Assembly: GCA_043228905.1 (NCBI GenBank)
Contig: JBHGNT010000009.1
Coordinates: 372,001-436,000 of the forward strand
Direction of reading: 5' to 3'
DNA from: Azolla caroliniana
Lineage: Eukaryota > Plantae > Polypodiophyta
DNA: 64,000 bases
The position numbers were made by a program, and so were the translations under genes. The notes under the pieces were generated by a model, which saw nothing but the letters and a program-made list of their open reading frames with translations, ran no database searches and was not told where the DNA came from. Below, in pieces: positions 36,151-51,000 of the stretch. Within the stretch, counting starts at the first letter, position 1. Each line of letters begins with the position of its first letter.

Positions 36151-37468
36151 TCACCATGGCATTAATGGATGGTTTCTTCATGGTAGGTAATAATCAAGTA
36201 ATAGTATTGGTCAATGAGGTGGAACATGCAACTAAATTTGATCTTCACTAAGTTGAAAGGTGTTTTCAATTAGCTCAAGTTGTCTAAAAAATATGCAAGG
36301 CAAGAAAAGTGCAATAGAGGCTAATTTTTAGGTCTTAAGAGGGCCCAATCTCCATTAGAAGTTTTGAACATCATTACGTTAAAATCCCCTTTATACCATG
36401 CACATTTCTTGAACTTCAGATATTTGTCTGGCAATCATGATATCTAATAAGTTCATCTATTGTCATCATATTTGAACCAATGACTCTTGTTGTATAAAGC
36501 ATGACTCTAACTTATCAGTCAAGTAGACTTTTTATATGTGGCCACATTGTGCACTTATGTATGTGTATTATGCTTTGGTAGGTATTTGCAAGTTCTTCAA
36601 GAAAAAATAGATGTTTTTATATGTTTCAAGGTGAGCTATATATCCATTTTCCTCGAGTATTTGACTTGACAATGATTTATCGGTATCAAATACAATAGTC
36701 ATTCGTCACCAATGGCAATAGGTCTTTGGTAGCGTGCTATGTTTACATGCACACAAATGATTTTTCTAAGAAGGTTCATCAAATAAGATAGATTCACTCA
36801 AATTTCTACATCATAATTTTTTGTGTTACCTCATGTATTGGAGGGGAACACCAACATGGAATGTGGATAGGTCAATAGTTTACAAGTGCACGAGATTTGG
36901 TTTTCTTGATGTAGGTTTGTGAGTAGGAATGTGAATCAAATGACTCATTGATTAAAATTTTACATTGCATTTTAATAAGGAGAAGTTCGACAATTTAAAG
37001 ATTACTCTTTAATATCCACAACAAAAGGCTACATTTTTATTTTATTTTTAGAAAACACATCCTTCCATTAGTTTTAAAAAACATATCAGCTACAAAATAC
37101 AAAATGATGGAAAGGAAGTGATTATCCTTCCCCAACCCTTCTTGTGTAAGACAATGGCTAGCCATGAGTCCTTCGTTTGATAGACTTGATTGAGCACTTC
37201 CTCAATAGTTGAAACATACCATGAATTTGCATATGCTCAAAGCAAATCAATCTTACTCATCATGTTCATATTCAACATATCCAGATACCACCTTTGGGTC
37301 ATCTAATCCTTGACAAACTTTACATGCATCCAATGTTGGCATAAAAGGCCGACTCCTTCCACTTTGTATCCTAGTGTGAATCTGTCCATATAGTTAGGGC
37401 TTAGTATATAAGCGATAACCTAACGTTGTAAAGAGAGATCATCGCTTGATCATTCATGTACAGAGTCT

Positions 37469-37510
<42 letters not shown>

Positions 37511-39879
37511 AGAAATAAAGAGAGCTTCCATTAAAACTTCATCTGTGTATCTAACATCTGTCGATATCTTCTTGCCCTCCTTCTGTGTTGTTTGCTTAGC
37601 ACAATCGATAGATCCTCACATATGTTTCCGCGCATATATGTCCCTCAACTGGTATGAGAGTGATCCGTGGCTCGGTGACAACAAACAACAAAAAAAGCTG
37701 AAAGGAAAAAGACCAGGTTAACAAATCTCACTTTCAAAAGAATCATGGCATCAACATCCGGTATAGGAGTTGAGATCCGAAAATTCGACGGCAAAAGCTT
37801 TGCTCTATGGAAGGAGATGATGCAGGATGTACTGATTAGTCGAAGACGAGCCAAGGCCATTCAACACTCCGAAAACCCTGCTTCAATGTAAGCCGATGAG
37901 TGGAGATCAATGGACGAAATCGCACGATCCACCATTCGAATGTACCTAGTCGAAAACGTCTACTTCAGCATGGCAAAAGAGACGACAACGTTCTCATTAT
38001 GGGAGAAGCTACAAGTTGAGAAAAAGTCTGACGTGGAATACACAGATTAATCTCCAGGCACAACTGAAACGTAGATCACTTGATGATAATAAAAACACAG
38101 ACGAAATGGGAATGGAGGTAAGTACACAAAACAGAAAGAGAATACACAGGATATTAACGTGGAAAACCTTGAGAGGGAAAAACCACGGGAGTCCACAGAC
38201 TCCAAACTATCACTATGTAAAGTAATACAACAGGGAGCATAGAGGCACCAACCCCTTGCTCTCAATCTTCTCCTAGCGGTGGTTACAATAGAGACACAAT
38301 CTCTGTATATCGCTCTCTCTCACTCTTACACATTGTACAGAAGTTACACCAATAACTCTATATTTATTATTAAGTTTGCCCTAGGTCATATTTATACTAA
38401 TATGACTTTCAGGCTATTTACAAATATAGCCCCATTGGGCTCTCTAGGACATATTTACATATATGTCCCTTCCATCCGATGAGAGGTTCTCACCGGGCCT
38501 GCAACATCTGGTTCTCACCGGGTCTTCCGTTGTCGGGTACTCCACATCCGGATTCGGCCTCGACCGAGTTGCTCATCAACACAGTTCTTCTCATTTCCCA
38601 TCCGGAGGGACCTGTTTCCTATCAAACTCCCCCTTCACTCCGGCATGGGACATCTTACTAGTCTGATCCGCTTCCGTCATGCATCCAACTTGTTGGGTAT
38701 CATTACTTTAGTCAACATATCTGACCCGTTCTCGGCCGTGTGGATCTTCATCAGCGCGAACTCTCGATCTTCTACTCGCTCCCAGATCCAGTGATACCTA
38801 TGATGGATGTGCTTCGTCCTAGAATGGTACGTTGCGTTCTTAGCAAGGTGGATGACACTTTGACTGTCGTAATAGAGCCGGTATTCATCTTGCTGGATAC
38901 CGAGCTCTCCGATGAAGTCCTTCATCCATAATATTTCCTTGCCGGCTTCAACAATCGCCATGTACTCCACCTCCGTGGTTGACAATGCAACCGTCTTCTG
39001 CAGCCTTGACTGCCACGAAACAGCTCCCCCTGCATATGTCATTACATACCCGGATGTAGACCGGCTGGTATCCACATCAGCCGACATGTCTGAATCGGTA
39101 AAACCGTCAAGTTGAGGTTTACTAGAGCCGAATCGGAGACACATATTCGAAGTGCCCTTCAAGTACCGGAGTATCCATTTGACCGCGTTCCAGTGCTCCT
39201 TGTCGGGATTGCTCATAAACCGGCTCACCACTCCGATTACATATCCAATATCCGGTCGAGTACACACCATTGCGTACATTAAGCTCCCGACGGCAGAGGC
39301 ATATGGAACCTTCACCATATCCGCCTTCTCTGCTTTCATCTTCGGGCTTTGCTTACCGGATAGTCTACAGTTTGCCGGGAGTGTCGATCCAACTGGTTTC
39401 ACTTCTAACATGTTGAACCGCTAAAGCACCTTTGTCACGTATTTCTCCTATTACAACCATAATTGCTTCTTTGACCGGTGTCGTGAAGATTTTTGGCAAT
39501 AGTGTGAAAATCCCATAAAATGTACGAAATCGAGTATGAATCACATAATACAATAATTGTGAAGATAACATTTTAAATAAATTTAATATCTAAGTACAAA
39601 ATGATGGAGGTTTCGAATGCACTTTATTACACGAGAAACGGACAACTAAATGTCAAGATATAAGGGTATAAATTTTGTGAAAGGAAAAGAGAAAATTGTG
39701 AGATATCCCACATAGGCACGACAAATACGGCTCTCATCATATATAAGGTAGAGCAAAAGATATTATCTTTGTGTCTATGTGTGGAGCATAGAGAGTTCAA
39801 GGTAACTTGAACTAAGAGTGGAGGTGGGCTAGCTACTCGTAAAGGGTTTTGGCCAACCAAAAACGGACCGGCGATGGAG

Positions 39880-40200
39880 GCGGCATTCGGCGACGGCATC
39901 CGACGGCAAACTGGTATCCGGCGCCGGCACCCGTGAGACGACAGCATCCGGCGGGGCACCGGTATTCGGCGGCAACCGGCGACGACATCCGACGGCAAAC
40001 CGGTATCCGGCGTCGGCGCCGGTGAGACGACGGCATCCGGTGGGGCACCGGTATTCGGCGGCAACAGGCGACGGCATTCGACGGCAAACCGGTATCCGGC
40101 GGCGGCATCCGGCGCCGGTGAGACAACGGCATCCGGCGGGGCATCGTTATTCGGCGGCAACCGGCGACGGCATCCGACAGCAAACCGATATCTGGCAGCG
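39880..40200. repeat. GC-rich ~90-bp minisatellite (about 3.5 copies)
   Basis: tattcggcggcaac recurs at ~39963, 40053 and 40149, with ggcatccgacggcaaaccggtatccggc sub-repeats. Confidence 0.85.
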
Positions 40201-40201
40201 G

Positions 40202-40272
40202 TGGGGCAAGTAAGGATTCGAACCTTGCACCTCCAAGTTAGGAGTCAATTGGCTTACCATTAAGCCATGCCA
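40202..40272 (-). pseudogene. tRNA-Arg(CCT)-like sequence inside the solo LTR
   Basis: - strand TGGCATGGCTTAATGGTAAGCCAATTGACTCCTAACTTGGAGGTGCAAGGTTCGAATCCTTACTTGCCCCA has A box TGGCTTAATGG, loop CT-CCT-AA, and B box/T arm AAGG-TTCGAAT-CCTT. The acceptor and anticodon stems are imperfect. Confidence 0.62.
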
Positions 40273-43200
40273 TTTAGTATTTCTATCATTGTACTTTTAC
40301 ATGTAAATTCTCATACATGAGAGCTAAAATGAGTGACATGGTTATCATGCACCACATGTAATACATAAACGCAAAATGGCAAACATGCAATTTATGCATG
40401 TCTTGTACCCTCACATGCATCATATACGTGAGAGCATCTATAAAAGAAGGAAGGGGGAGGAGAAAAAACACGTTTTTTTTTGTTATGAAATTAAGAAGGA
40501 GAAATTCGTTATCAAATTGATCGTGTAACTTGTTTCTTAAATCTAAAGATAAAAGTTCAATCAATCTCTCTCAATCGTTTAATCTCAACTTCTCTCTTTC
40601 CCAATCTATCTCAAGTACTTTCTCGCTAAAGCTTGCGCCAAAGCTTGTACCGACTTTGAATCCTTCCGGTCCAGAACCCCGGCGGTTCCGCCTCACGATC
40701 CGCGCGTAGTGACGGATCTTCACGACACCGGTCTCGGATGATGTGCATCCCCAATATCTGTCTTGCTGGGCCCAAGTCTTTCATTGAGAAGGTCTGGTTC
40801 AGGGCCTTCTTCAGCATCTGTATCTTGACTTGGTCTCGTCCGACGATCAACATGTCGTCCACGTACAAGAGGAGTATCAGGAAGTCTCCACCTTTGAACT
40901 TCTTCACAAATACGCAATGATCGGCTTGCGTCTTGTGGTACCCTTGATTGGTCATGAAGGAGTCGAACTTCCGGTACCATTGCCGGGGAGCCTGCTTCAA
41001 CCCGTAGAGGCTCTTTTTTAGCCGGCAAACCAGGTGCTCCTTCCCTTTCTTCGCAAATCCCTTCGGTTGCTGCATGTAGATCTCCTCTTCGAGGTCGCTG
41101 TGGAGGAATGTTGTCTTCACGTCCAACTGCTCTACCTCGAGGTCCATGCTTGCCGTTATACTCAGCACCGTCCGGATGGAAGTCATCTTTACTACCGGGG
41201 CAAATATCTCGTCGAAGTCCATGCCCTTCTTCTACTGGAACCCCTTCACCACGATCCTGGCTTTGTACCTTGGAGGGTTGTCGGCATCTCCCGGTTTCAA
41301 CTTGTACACCCACTTGTTTCGGAGTGCCCGCTTTCCTTTCGGCAACTCCACCAATTCGTACGTATGGTTCTCATGTAGGGAATCCACCTCATCCTGCATG
41401 GCACTTAACCATTTGCGGCTATGAGAGTCACTTTTAGCTTCCTCGAAGCTTTCTGGCTCCACCCCATCGGTTAGTAACACGTGCTCTGGATTCGGAAATC
41501 TCTGGGGGGGCCTTCTCTCTCTGAGAGGATAGTTGCGTCCTTGGGCTTCAGTAACCGGCTCCTCCATTTGCTCTTCATCCGAATCTGATTCGGGGTTTGT
41601 CTGATTTCAGTTTCACCTATTCCTTCCTCTTCGGCCAGTTTTGTCTCCTCACCGTCACCGGCCGGTTCATCGAGTGCTAACCGGCTTCAAGTCGGTTGGA
41701 ACTGCATTTCATCAAATCGAAATTTTTCCTTACCGGTCGACTCGGAGTTCATTATCTTCTTCTCCGACTCCTAGTCGGCGAGCATCTTATCCTCCATGAA
41801 GATAATATCTTGACTCCAGAATACTTTCTGGTCGACCGGGTTCCACACTTGGTAGCCGAACTCATCGTCGTCGTAACCGAGGAATATGCATGGCCGGGTC
41901 TTCGGATCTAACTTTCCTCTCCGGTCCTTAGCTACATGCACATACACAAGACACCTGAATACCTTCAGATGCCGGTAGGACACTTCCTTACCGGTCCAAA
42001 CTCTCTGTGGCGTGTCTCCGTCCAAGGGTACTGAGGGTGATCTATTTAACACATATGTCGTCATCAACAGTGCCTCAGCCCAAAACTTCTTGGGTAATTT
42101 TGCATGCGCCAACATACTCCGGACCCTCTCCATTATGGTTCGGTTCATCCTCTCGGCCAGCCCGTTTAGTTCAGGCGTCTTCGGCACGGTAAATTCGAGC
42201 CGGATTCCCTTCGAGCGATAGTACTCCTCGAACTGCCCCCGGTATTCTCCTTCGTTATCTATTCGAACCGCCTTCAGCTTCTGGCCGGTTTCTCTTTCCA
42301 CTCTCGCGTGGAGCTCTTTGAAGACGGATAGTACCTAATCCTTCGTTTTCAACGGTGTGGCCCACAGCTTCCGGCTGTGGTCATCTATGAACGTCACGAA
42401 GTACTGCGATCCGGCATGTGACTTCATGTCCACTTGACACACATCGGTATGCACCAACTCCAATGGTGCATTACGTCTCATCGGTGACCTTGATAGGAAG
42501 GAGGTTCGGTTTTGCTTACCGACTAGGCAGTCGGTGCACCTCTCAAGATGCACGTTCTTCACCGGAATGAGGTTGTCATCGGCAAGCCTCTTCATCCCCT
42601 TCACGCTCATGTGACACAGTCACTTGTGCCACAACTCACCGGCAGTGTCGGAAGCCACGTTCACTTCTTCCGGGCATTCATCAAGTACAACGTGTTGACC
42701 TTCCGAGCCCAAGCCACTATCAGGTTCCCTTTGCTAAATTTCATGACTCCGTTCCGGATGCTACCCGTGTAGCCTTCATCATCTAGCCGACCAGCTGATA
42801 TCAGGTTCAATCAAACCTCCGGAACGTGTTGGACATCTTTCAGCAGCAACTTGCATCTGGTTGGTGTTGTCAACCACACGTCTCCTATGCCGACAATTCG
42901 GCATGTACCTTCATTCCCCATCCGGACACAACCGTGATCACCGGTTGTGTAGGATGAGAAGCATTTCCGATCCAGGGTGAGGTGGAACGACGCTCCAGAA
43001 TCGACAACGCATGTTGTGTCGTCGCCAGCAAGGTTCACTCTCCTCGGTGATGAGCATCAACTCTTCTTCACTTGCCGCAATTTCCGTCGTTCCCTTCCGG
43101 TCCGGCCCCCTCCGATCTTTACCGTTCCGGCCCGGTGTCCGCTTCGAATCGGTACCGTTGGTTTCCTTGTCTTTTCGGAAGTGCCGACAGTTCTTCTGGA

Positions 43201-44198
43201 AGTGTCCCGGCTTGCCGCAATAGAAGCAAGTAGGCCTCCCCCTTGACTTTGACCGTGTCCCCGACTTTTCCCGGTTCTAGGGACAACGATTCCTTTGTCT
43301 TCCGCGTTCCGATTCGGTAAGGAGCGCTTTGGAGTCAGAGCTCGTATCCTTATCTTTCCGACACGCCTCCTCATCTAACAAGCTGGACTTCACTCTTGCT
43401 AGAGATAACCGTTTCCCTTCTAGCCCTGCATTGCCCAAAGTGACAACCAACGTCTCCTAGCTATCTGGGAGGGAACCGAGTAGGAGTAGTGCTAGTACCT
43501 CATCAGCGAGAGGTACTTCCAATGATGTTGCCTGGTGGATCAGCCCCTGGAAGGCATTCATGTGCTCCGCCATGCTGGAGCCATCTTGGTACCGGAGTCT
43601 TACTAGCTTCCGAAATACCGAAACCTGATTAACAACATTTTTGTTCTGAAACATAAAGTTGATCTTCTCCCAAAGCTCATGAGCCTTGCTCTCTTCATTG
43701 AAGTTGTTGTATAGACTCATGTCGATGAAGCACCGTATGTACGCCGTTGTCTTCATGTGCATCACTTCCCATATTGTGGCATCATTTTTGTTCGGTCACT
43801 TGTCCCCGAACTAAACCGGCAACCAAAGATCTTTAACCACGAGCATGTCCCTCATCTTCGACTTCCACACTGAGTAATTGGAGCCGGTGAGCTTGAACGT
43901 GCCTCCCAACGAATCGTCCATTTTTCTGTGTCGTTTTGCTCTCCGGCCACAACCGAAACGTAGATCACTTGATGATAATAAAAACACAGACGAAATGGGA
44001 ATGGAGGTAAATACACAAAACATAAAGAGAATACACAGGATATTAACGTGGAAAACCCTGATAGGGAAAAACCATAGGAGTCCACAGACTCCAAACTATC
44101 ACTATGTAAGGTAATCCAACAGGGAGCATAGAGGCACCGACCCCTTGCTCTCAATCTTCACATAGCGGCGGTTACAATAGAGACACAATCTCTGTATA

Positions 44199-44240
<42 letters not shown>

Positions 44241-47200
44241 GCACTGTACAAAAGTTACACTAATAACTCTATATTTATTATTAAGTTTGCCCTAGGTCAT
44301 ATTTATACTAATATGACTTTTAGGCTATTTACAAATATAGCCCTAGTGGGTTCTTTGGGACATATTTACATATATGTCCCTTCCATCCGATGAGAGGTTC
44401 TCACCGGGCCTGCAACATCCGGTTCTCACCAGGTCTTCCTTGCCGGGTACTCATCATCCGGTTCTCACCGGGTCTTCCGTTGTCGGGTACTCCACATCCG
44501 GATTCGGCCTCGACCGAGTTGCTCATCACTATGGTTCTTCTCATTTCCCATCCGGAGGGACCTGTTTCCTAACAAAGTCCTCATCTTCAAAACTAATCTT
44601 GATCAAACAACTGTTCAACATGAAGATGAGAGAGAACGATCCGGCTACCTCTCATATCAACACCTTCAGTCGGGTGTTGTCAGAACTCTCCTCACAAGGG
44701 ATCAACTTCGAAGAAGAAGTGAAAGCCCTTGCTCTCCTATCAAGCTTGCCAGCTAGTTGGGAGGTATTCTGCACCACAAACACCAATAGCCGACCGATCC
44801 TAAATTTGGATGAGACGATCGGCCAAGTCCTCACCGAGGACATTCGACAAAAATCGATGGGACTTACCATCGATGAATCGGCAAAAGCCCATCACTCGAC
44901 CGAGTCGTTCAACTGACAAAGTCGAACGATTGAACAAGCCGACAAAATCACTCAGAATACCAACCAATAAAAAATGAGGGGAAACCGACCGCGGTCGAAG
45001 TCGAGAACGGGCCGATCAAGTGAATTCTGCACACACTACAGAAAAGTTGGCCACAATGTTTCCGACTGTTGGTCAATCACGAGGAAAGAGAGTGGTTGGC
45101 GATCCGAACGAAATCGAGGACGACCTTACTCAGACCACTCTCTAGTCGGCAACCAAATCAACGTTGTCGACACCCGATCAGGAGAAATTCTCTCCTTAGA
45201 GGATTCAGTGATCGGAGAAGTCCTATACACTGCACAAGATGCACACACGTGGCTACTGGATTCCGGTGCCACATTCCAGGTGACCCCCAACATTGAATGG
45301 TTTGCGAACTATTCAACCGACGCCAACGGCACAATCTGACTAGGCAACGGGCAAGAGTGCAAAATCACAGGGACCGACGAAGTCCCCTTTCGATTGCCCA
45401 ATGCCAACATGATCACCCTCCACCGAGTTCGGCACGTACCTGATCTGAAAAGGAGTCTGGTCTCCATCGGCATGCTAGCCGAAGACAGGTACAAAACGAC
45501 TCTAAGTGAGTCGGTAATAATGGATGATCATCTGAGGAAACCTGAAGATAGGAGGCGGTCACAACTACAATAACTTGTGCCCAATGATGGCGATCAATCC
45601 AAAAGGGGTCGTGAACGTAGCCGAAAAGATCGACCCAAACCTATGGCATGGCAGATTTGGTCATATATCTCAAGTTGATGGCGGTCGGCTACATCCCAAA
45701 ACTCCAAGCGAAGATGGACTTTTGCGAGCATTGTCAATACAGGAAACAGACCCGAAGTCTGCACGCTCTCCACTACGAGATGGTACGACAACCCCTAGAG
45801 CTCATGCACACAGATATATATGGGCCCATGCCAGAGCAATCACTAGGAGGCTCCCAATACTTCATCACCTTTCTAGATGACTTTACACAGAAGGCTTGGG
45901 CCTACTCCATCAAGTTTAAAGACGAAGCGCTCGAGGTCTTCACTCGGTGGATATCTGAAGTGGAGAATCAGTTGGGATATAGAGTGAAGACACTCAGATC
46001 CGACAACAGAGGAGAATATACCTCCAGAGCCTTCAAGCAGTACTTGTCCAACAAAGGGATCCAACATCAAAAGACCATTCCTTACACACCCATGCAGAAT
46101 GGATTGGCAGAACAGAACAACAGAACGATCCAAGAGAGGGTGACAACAATGCATCAACAAGCTGGACTGAAGCTGGAGTTCTGGGATGAGGCATTGCATA
46201 CGGCAATATATTTGGTAAATCTATCATCGTCGAAGGCAATCAGGCTCAAAATGCCATAGGCACTATGGTCAAGCAAACAGCCGACCTACAATAGGCTCCA
46301 TCCGTGTATTCAGATGCGAAGCCTACGAGTTCATCCCCTAGGAGAAAAGGACTAAGTTGGCACCCCATGCAACAAAATGCATATTTCTCAATTACGGAAC
46401 CGATGGGGACTTTGGCTACCGGCTATGTGACCCTAAGAATCGGAAACTAATCCAGAGTAGTGACATAGTCTTCAATGAAGACTCTATCTTCTCTCAGCAA
46501 AAAATAGTTGGTAAAAAGGTATCTTTCAAAGACGACAGAGACTTCATAGAAGGACCGACCCACCAAGCCAACTAAGAGATTCGACAAACAATCGAACTCC
46601 ACCAAGCCGACAACATACCTACCGACTCTGAATCGGTAGGAAGTCCACTAGTCGAACTCGAAGACAAAGCCATCAAAGACAAAGCCAATTCGACAAGAGT
46701 CAAAGAAGGCAAAGTCAACAAGATGCGAGTAGGAAACAGAACCAAGTCGACAAAGTCCATAGGGGAGGACAACGTGAGACCACCGAAATCCCGACTTAGG
46801 GGCGAGTCACCTAACAAGACTCCTGACACAAATGGTTCAACAAAGATCACCCAACAGAGCCGATCGAAGAATCTGAACCACTTATCTCGGCACCCAAGAG
46901 ATCTAGACAAGCTCGAAGACCAACAGAGTTTTTAAAACGGGGCCTCGACTACGTCAACTACATTGATGCAGGCGAACCAAGCACTTATGAAGAAGCTATG
47001 GCCGCAACGGACACCGATACATGGCTAAAAGCCATGAAATCCGAAATGGACTCGATTCACAAGAATCAGACATGGGAGCTGGTTGAACTACTAGCAAGAA
47101 GAATACCGCTACCTTGCAAATGGGTTTTTCGATACAATTATGTATCTGACTCAGAGAAACCCAAGTACAAATCTTGGCTTGTCGCGAAAGGGTTCAAACA

Positions 47201-48009
47201 AGAACATGGGGTCAACTACGACGAGATATTCTCACCAGTAGTCAAGATGACCACCCTCCGCCTCTTACTAGGAGTCGTGGCAACAAAAAACCTAGAGCTA
47301 GAGCAGTTGGATGTAAAGACGACATTCCTACACGAAGATCTGGAAGAAGACATCTACATGTCTCCATTAGTAGGCTTCACGGCGATGGGGGAGGAAAGTC
47401 ACCTCGTATGTCGACTGAAGAAAAGCCTCTATGGCCTGAAACAAGCGCTGAGGATGTGGTACCAGAAGTTTGACTCCCACATCATGCAACTTGGATATCG
47501 CCGATCCGACTCCGACCCAATCATGTATATTCGGCAACTGGCCAACGAGTCTAGGATTTATCTGATCCTATATGTTGATGACATGTTGATTGCAAGAAGC
47601 AATCAAGCAGAGATCGGAAAGCTGAAGTGGAGCCTTCACGACAAGTTCGCGATGAAGGAACTTAGACAAGCCCGTCACATACTGGGCATGAGGATCGAGC
47701 GAAATCGGACGACCAAGACTCTCTGACTCTCCCGGTGCTGAGGCGCTTCAACATGCAGAATGCGAACCCAACACCAACACCGCTTCCGACGTTGATCAGA
47801 CTATCAGACAGAGAATCTCCTTTAATGGACAAGGAGAGAGAGCTTAATGGAAAGATGTCCTACACATCGGTCGTAGGAAGTATCATGTACGCAATGGTGG
47901 CGACCCGACCTCACCTAGCTTATGTCGTAGGAGTGGTCAACCGGTACATGTCAAACCCAGGACAGAAGCATTGGGAGGCCGTCAAGCACATCTTCAGGTA
48001 CCTGAGAGG

Positions 48010-51000
48010 TGTTGGGATTACGGTCCCTCCGGATGGGATGGTCGGATGTCCGGGAATCCGGATGATGAAGACCCGGTTCCGGATCCGGATGATGAAGACC
48101 CTGGCTACGGAGCCGGATGACGAATGTACCCGGAGAGAGATCCGGATGCGGGGACATATTTGTGAATATGTTTGCCAAGGGCCCTCGAGGCTATACTTGT
48201 AAATAGCCCGAAAGTCATATGTGTATAAATATGACTTAGGGCAAACAGTTTTGTTGTTGTTGCTCATTTTTTCTGTTTTCCACTTAGAGGGAGCGAAGTG
48301 AGAGCAGCCGAGAGAGAGAGAGAGAGAGAGAGACGAAGAGGTCGTTGCCTCTGTGTATTACCGCCGCCTGTGGCGAAGACAGTGAGCTCAAGGTTGTTGC
48401 CTTGTAGCTTCACCATTGTACATCTCTGTTTATAGTGATAGTTGGAGTTTGAGGACTCCCGTGGTTTTTCCCACTAAGGGTTTTCCACGTAAAATATCCT
48501 GTGTACTCTTCTCTCTATTGTCTTCGTGCATTTTGTATTTCCTGTTTTCTGTGAGTCGATCCTATTCCTCGGTTGTGGCCGAGCACGGTGTTTGACAAAG
48601 TGGTATCAGAGCGACGGTAACACAGAAAATGGAAGGCGGCAGCAGCGGGCAGCCGGGGATGATGGTGCTGAATGCGCAGAACTACGCCGACTGGAAGATA
48701 AAGATGGAGGACCTGCTCATTGTTCGGGACCTGTATGAACCGATCGACAGGTCGGAAATACCCAAGGGGGTACTTGAGACGGAATGGAGGCTTCTGAACC
48801 GGAAAGCCGTTGCAACCATTCGGCAATACGTCGACGTGAGCGTTCTACAACATGTAGCGAACGACACCAACGCATATGAGATGTGGCAGAAGCTGTCGGG
48901 CCTCTACGAGAGGAAGAATGCGTTGAACCGGACCTCCCTGATGAGGAAGATAGTGAATCTTAAGTACCGGGACGGCGAGAGCATGGTCGAACACGTCAGC
49001 ACGTTCATGGGATTCGTGAACCAGCTTGCGGCGATCAAGTTCCCGTTGGATGATGCAATGCAAGCCATCATGCTGATGTGTACATTGCCGGAAAGCTGGG
49101 AGAACTTGGTGGTGACTCTCAGCACCTCCTGCACCGAAGATAACTTGTCTCTACAAACGGTAAAGACAAGCATTTTGAACGAAGAAGCGCGTCGGAGAGA
49201 TAAAGAACCGGCCTCCGATCCGAAGATGCTGCTTACCGAATCGGATCGGGGAAGACAACGGAACCGGAGTCCGCAAAGACGGGAGAAGTCGGGGACCCGG
49301 TCGCGGTCAAGAGGAAGGCCCACATGCTTCCACTGTGGGAAGCCGGGGCACTTCCGAAAGAATTGTCGTCATTACCGAAAAGACAACGGAACCGACGACA
49401 CCGATTCGAAGAAGTCTTCGGAACGGAACGGTGCTTACCGGGGAGCCACGGACTGGAATGGTTCGGATCGGCGAGGGCACGACCGGAAAGGAACGACGGC
49501 ACTCGCGGCAAGTGAAGAGGAGATCATGCTCATCACCGAAGAAGGTGAACTAAACATTGCCGGCAATGAGACTACCTGGGTGGTCGATTCCGGAGCGTCG
49601 TTCCACCTGACCCCGGAAAGAAGATACTTCTCATCCTACACAGCCGGTGAGCATGGCTGTGTTCGGATGGGAAATGAAGGTACGTGCCGGATTGCCAGCA
49701 TAGGAGACGTGTGGTTGACAACCTCGACCGGATGCAAAATGTTGCTGAAGGATGTCTGACACGTTCCGGAGGTTCGATTGAACCTGATTTCGGCCGGGAG
49801 GCTAGACGATGAAGGCTACACAGGTAGCATCCGGAACTGCGTAATGAAGTTCAGCAAGGGGAGCCTGATAGTGGCTCGGGCCCGGAAAGTCAACACACTG
49901 TACCTTATGAATGCCTGGTTGTGTCCGGAGGAGTTGAACGTGGCAGCCGACACTACCGGTGAGTTGTGGCACAAGAGACTGTGCCACATGAGTGAGAAGG
50001 GGATGAAGAGGCTTGCAGAAGACAACCTCATTCCAGTGAAGCATGTGCACCTGGAGAAGTGCACCGATTGCCTGGCCGGTAAGCAAAACCGGACCTCCTT
50101 CCGCTCAAGACCACCGATGAGACGTAGTGTACCATTGGAGTTGGTACACACTGATGTGTGTCAGGTAGAAACGAAGTCACATGGCGGAGCCCAGTACTTC
50201 GTAACATTCATAGATGACCATAGCCGGAAGCTGTGGACGGCACCGTTGAAGACAAAGGACCAAGTATTGTCCGTCTTCAAAGAACTCCACGCGAGAGTGG
50301 AAAGAGAATCCGGCAAGAAGCTGAAAGCGCTACGAGCGGATAACGGAGGTGAATACCGAGGGCAATTTGAGGAGTATTGCCGTTCGATGGGAATCCGGCT
50401 CGAGTTTACTGTGCCGAAGACGCCGGAACTGAACGGGCTGGCCGAGAGGATGAACCGGACCATAATGGAGAGGGTCCGGAGTATGCTAGCACATGCGAAA
50501 TTACCCAAGGGATTTTGGGCTGAGGCAATGTCGACGGCGACATATGTGATAAATAGATCACCCTCAGTACCCCTGGATGGAGACACGCCACAGAGAGTGT
50601 GGACCGGTAAGGAAGTGTCCTACCGGCATCTGAAGGTGTTCGGGTGTCTCGCATATGTGCATGTGGCAAAGGACCGGAGAGGAAAGCTAGATCCAAAGAC
50701 CCGGCCATGCATATTCCTCGGTTACGGCAACGACGAGTTCGGCTACCGAGTATGGGACCCGGTCGACAAGAAGATATTCAGGAGTCGAGATATCATCTTC
50801 ATGGAGGACAAGACACTCGCCGACTGGGAGTCGGAGAAGAAGATGAAGAGCTCCAAGTCGAACGGTGAGAATCAACTCTACGAGGAGCAGTCCCGACCGG
50901 CAAGGGACCGGTTAGCACTCGAGGATCCGGCCGAAGACGGTGAAGAAACAGAACCGGCAGAGGAAGATGAAACTGATACCGGAACCATCCCCGATCCCGA

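Larger units (their letters stand above)
39479..40727 (+). mobile_element. Solo-LTR-like insertion (TG...CA, 12-bp terminal IR) in the RT of element B
   Basis: Termini tgtcgtgaagat / atcttcacgaca, with CCGG duplicated on both sides (39475-39478, 40728-40731). Internal TATA (ctataaaag ~40439) and CT-rich tract. The RT frame of B resumes on each side. Confidence 0.85.
38029..44574 (-). mobile_element. Copia element B nested in element A gag (degenerate)
   Basis: TSD AAGTC at 38024-38028 and 44575-44579. LTRs at 38029-38624 and ~43941-44574, PPT at 38625-38636. Fragmented gag/PR/IN/RT/RH ORFs on -. Confidence 0.92.

Noticed and set aside
39627-40213. Pro/Arg/Ala-rich ORFs on both strands
   Set aside because: Artefacts of the GC-rich minisatellite.
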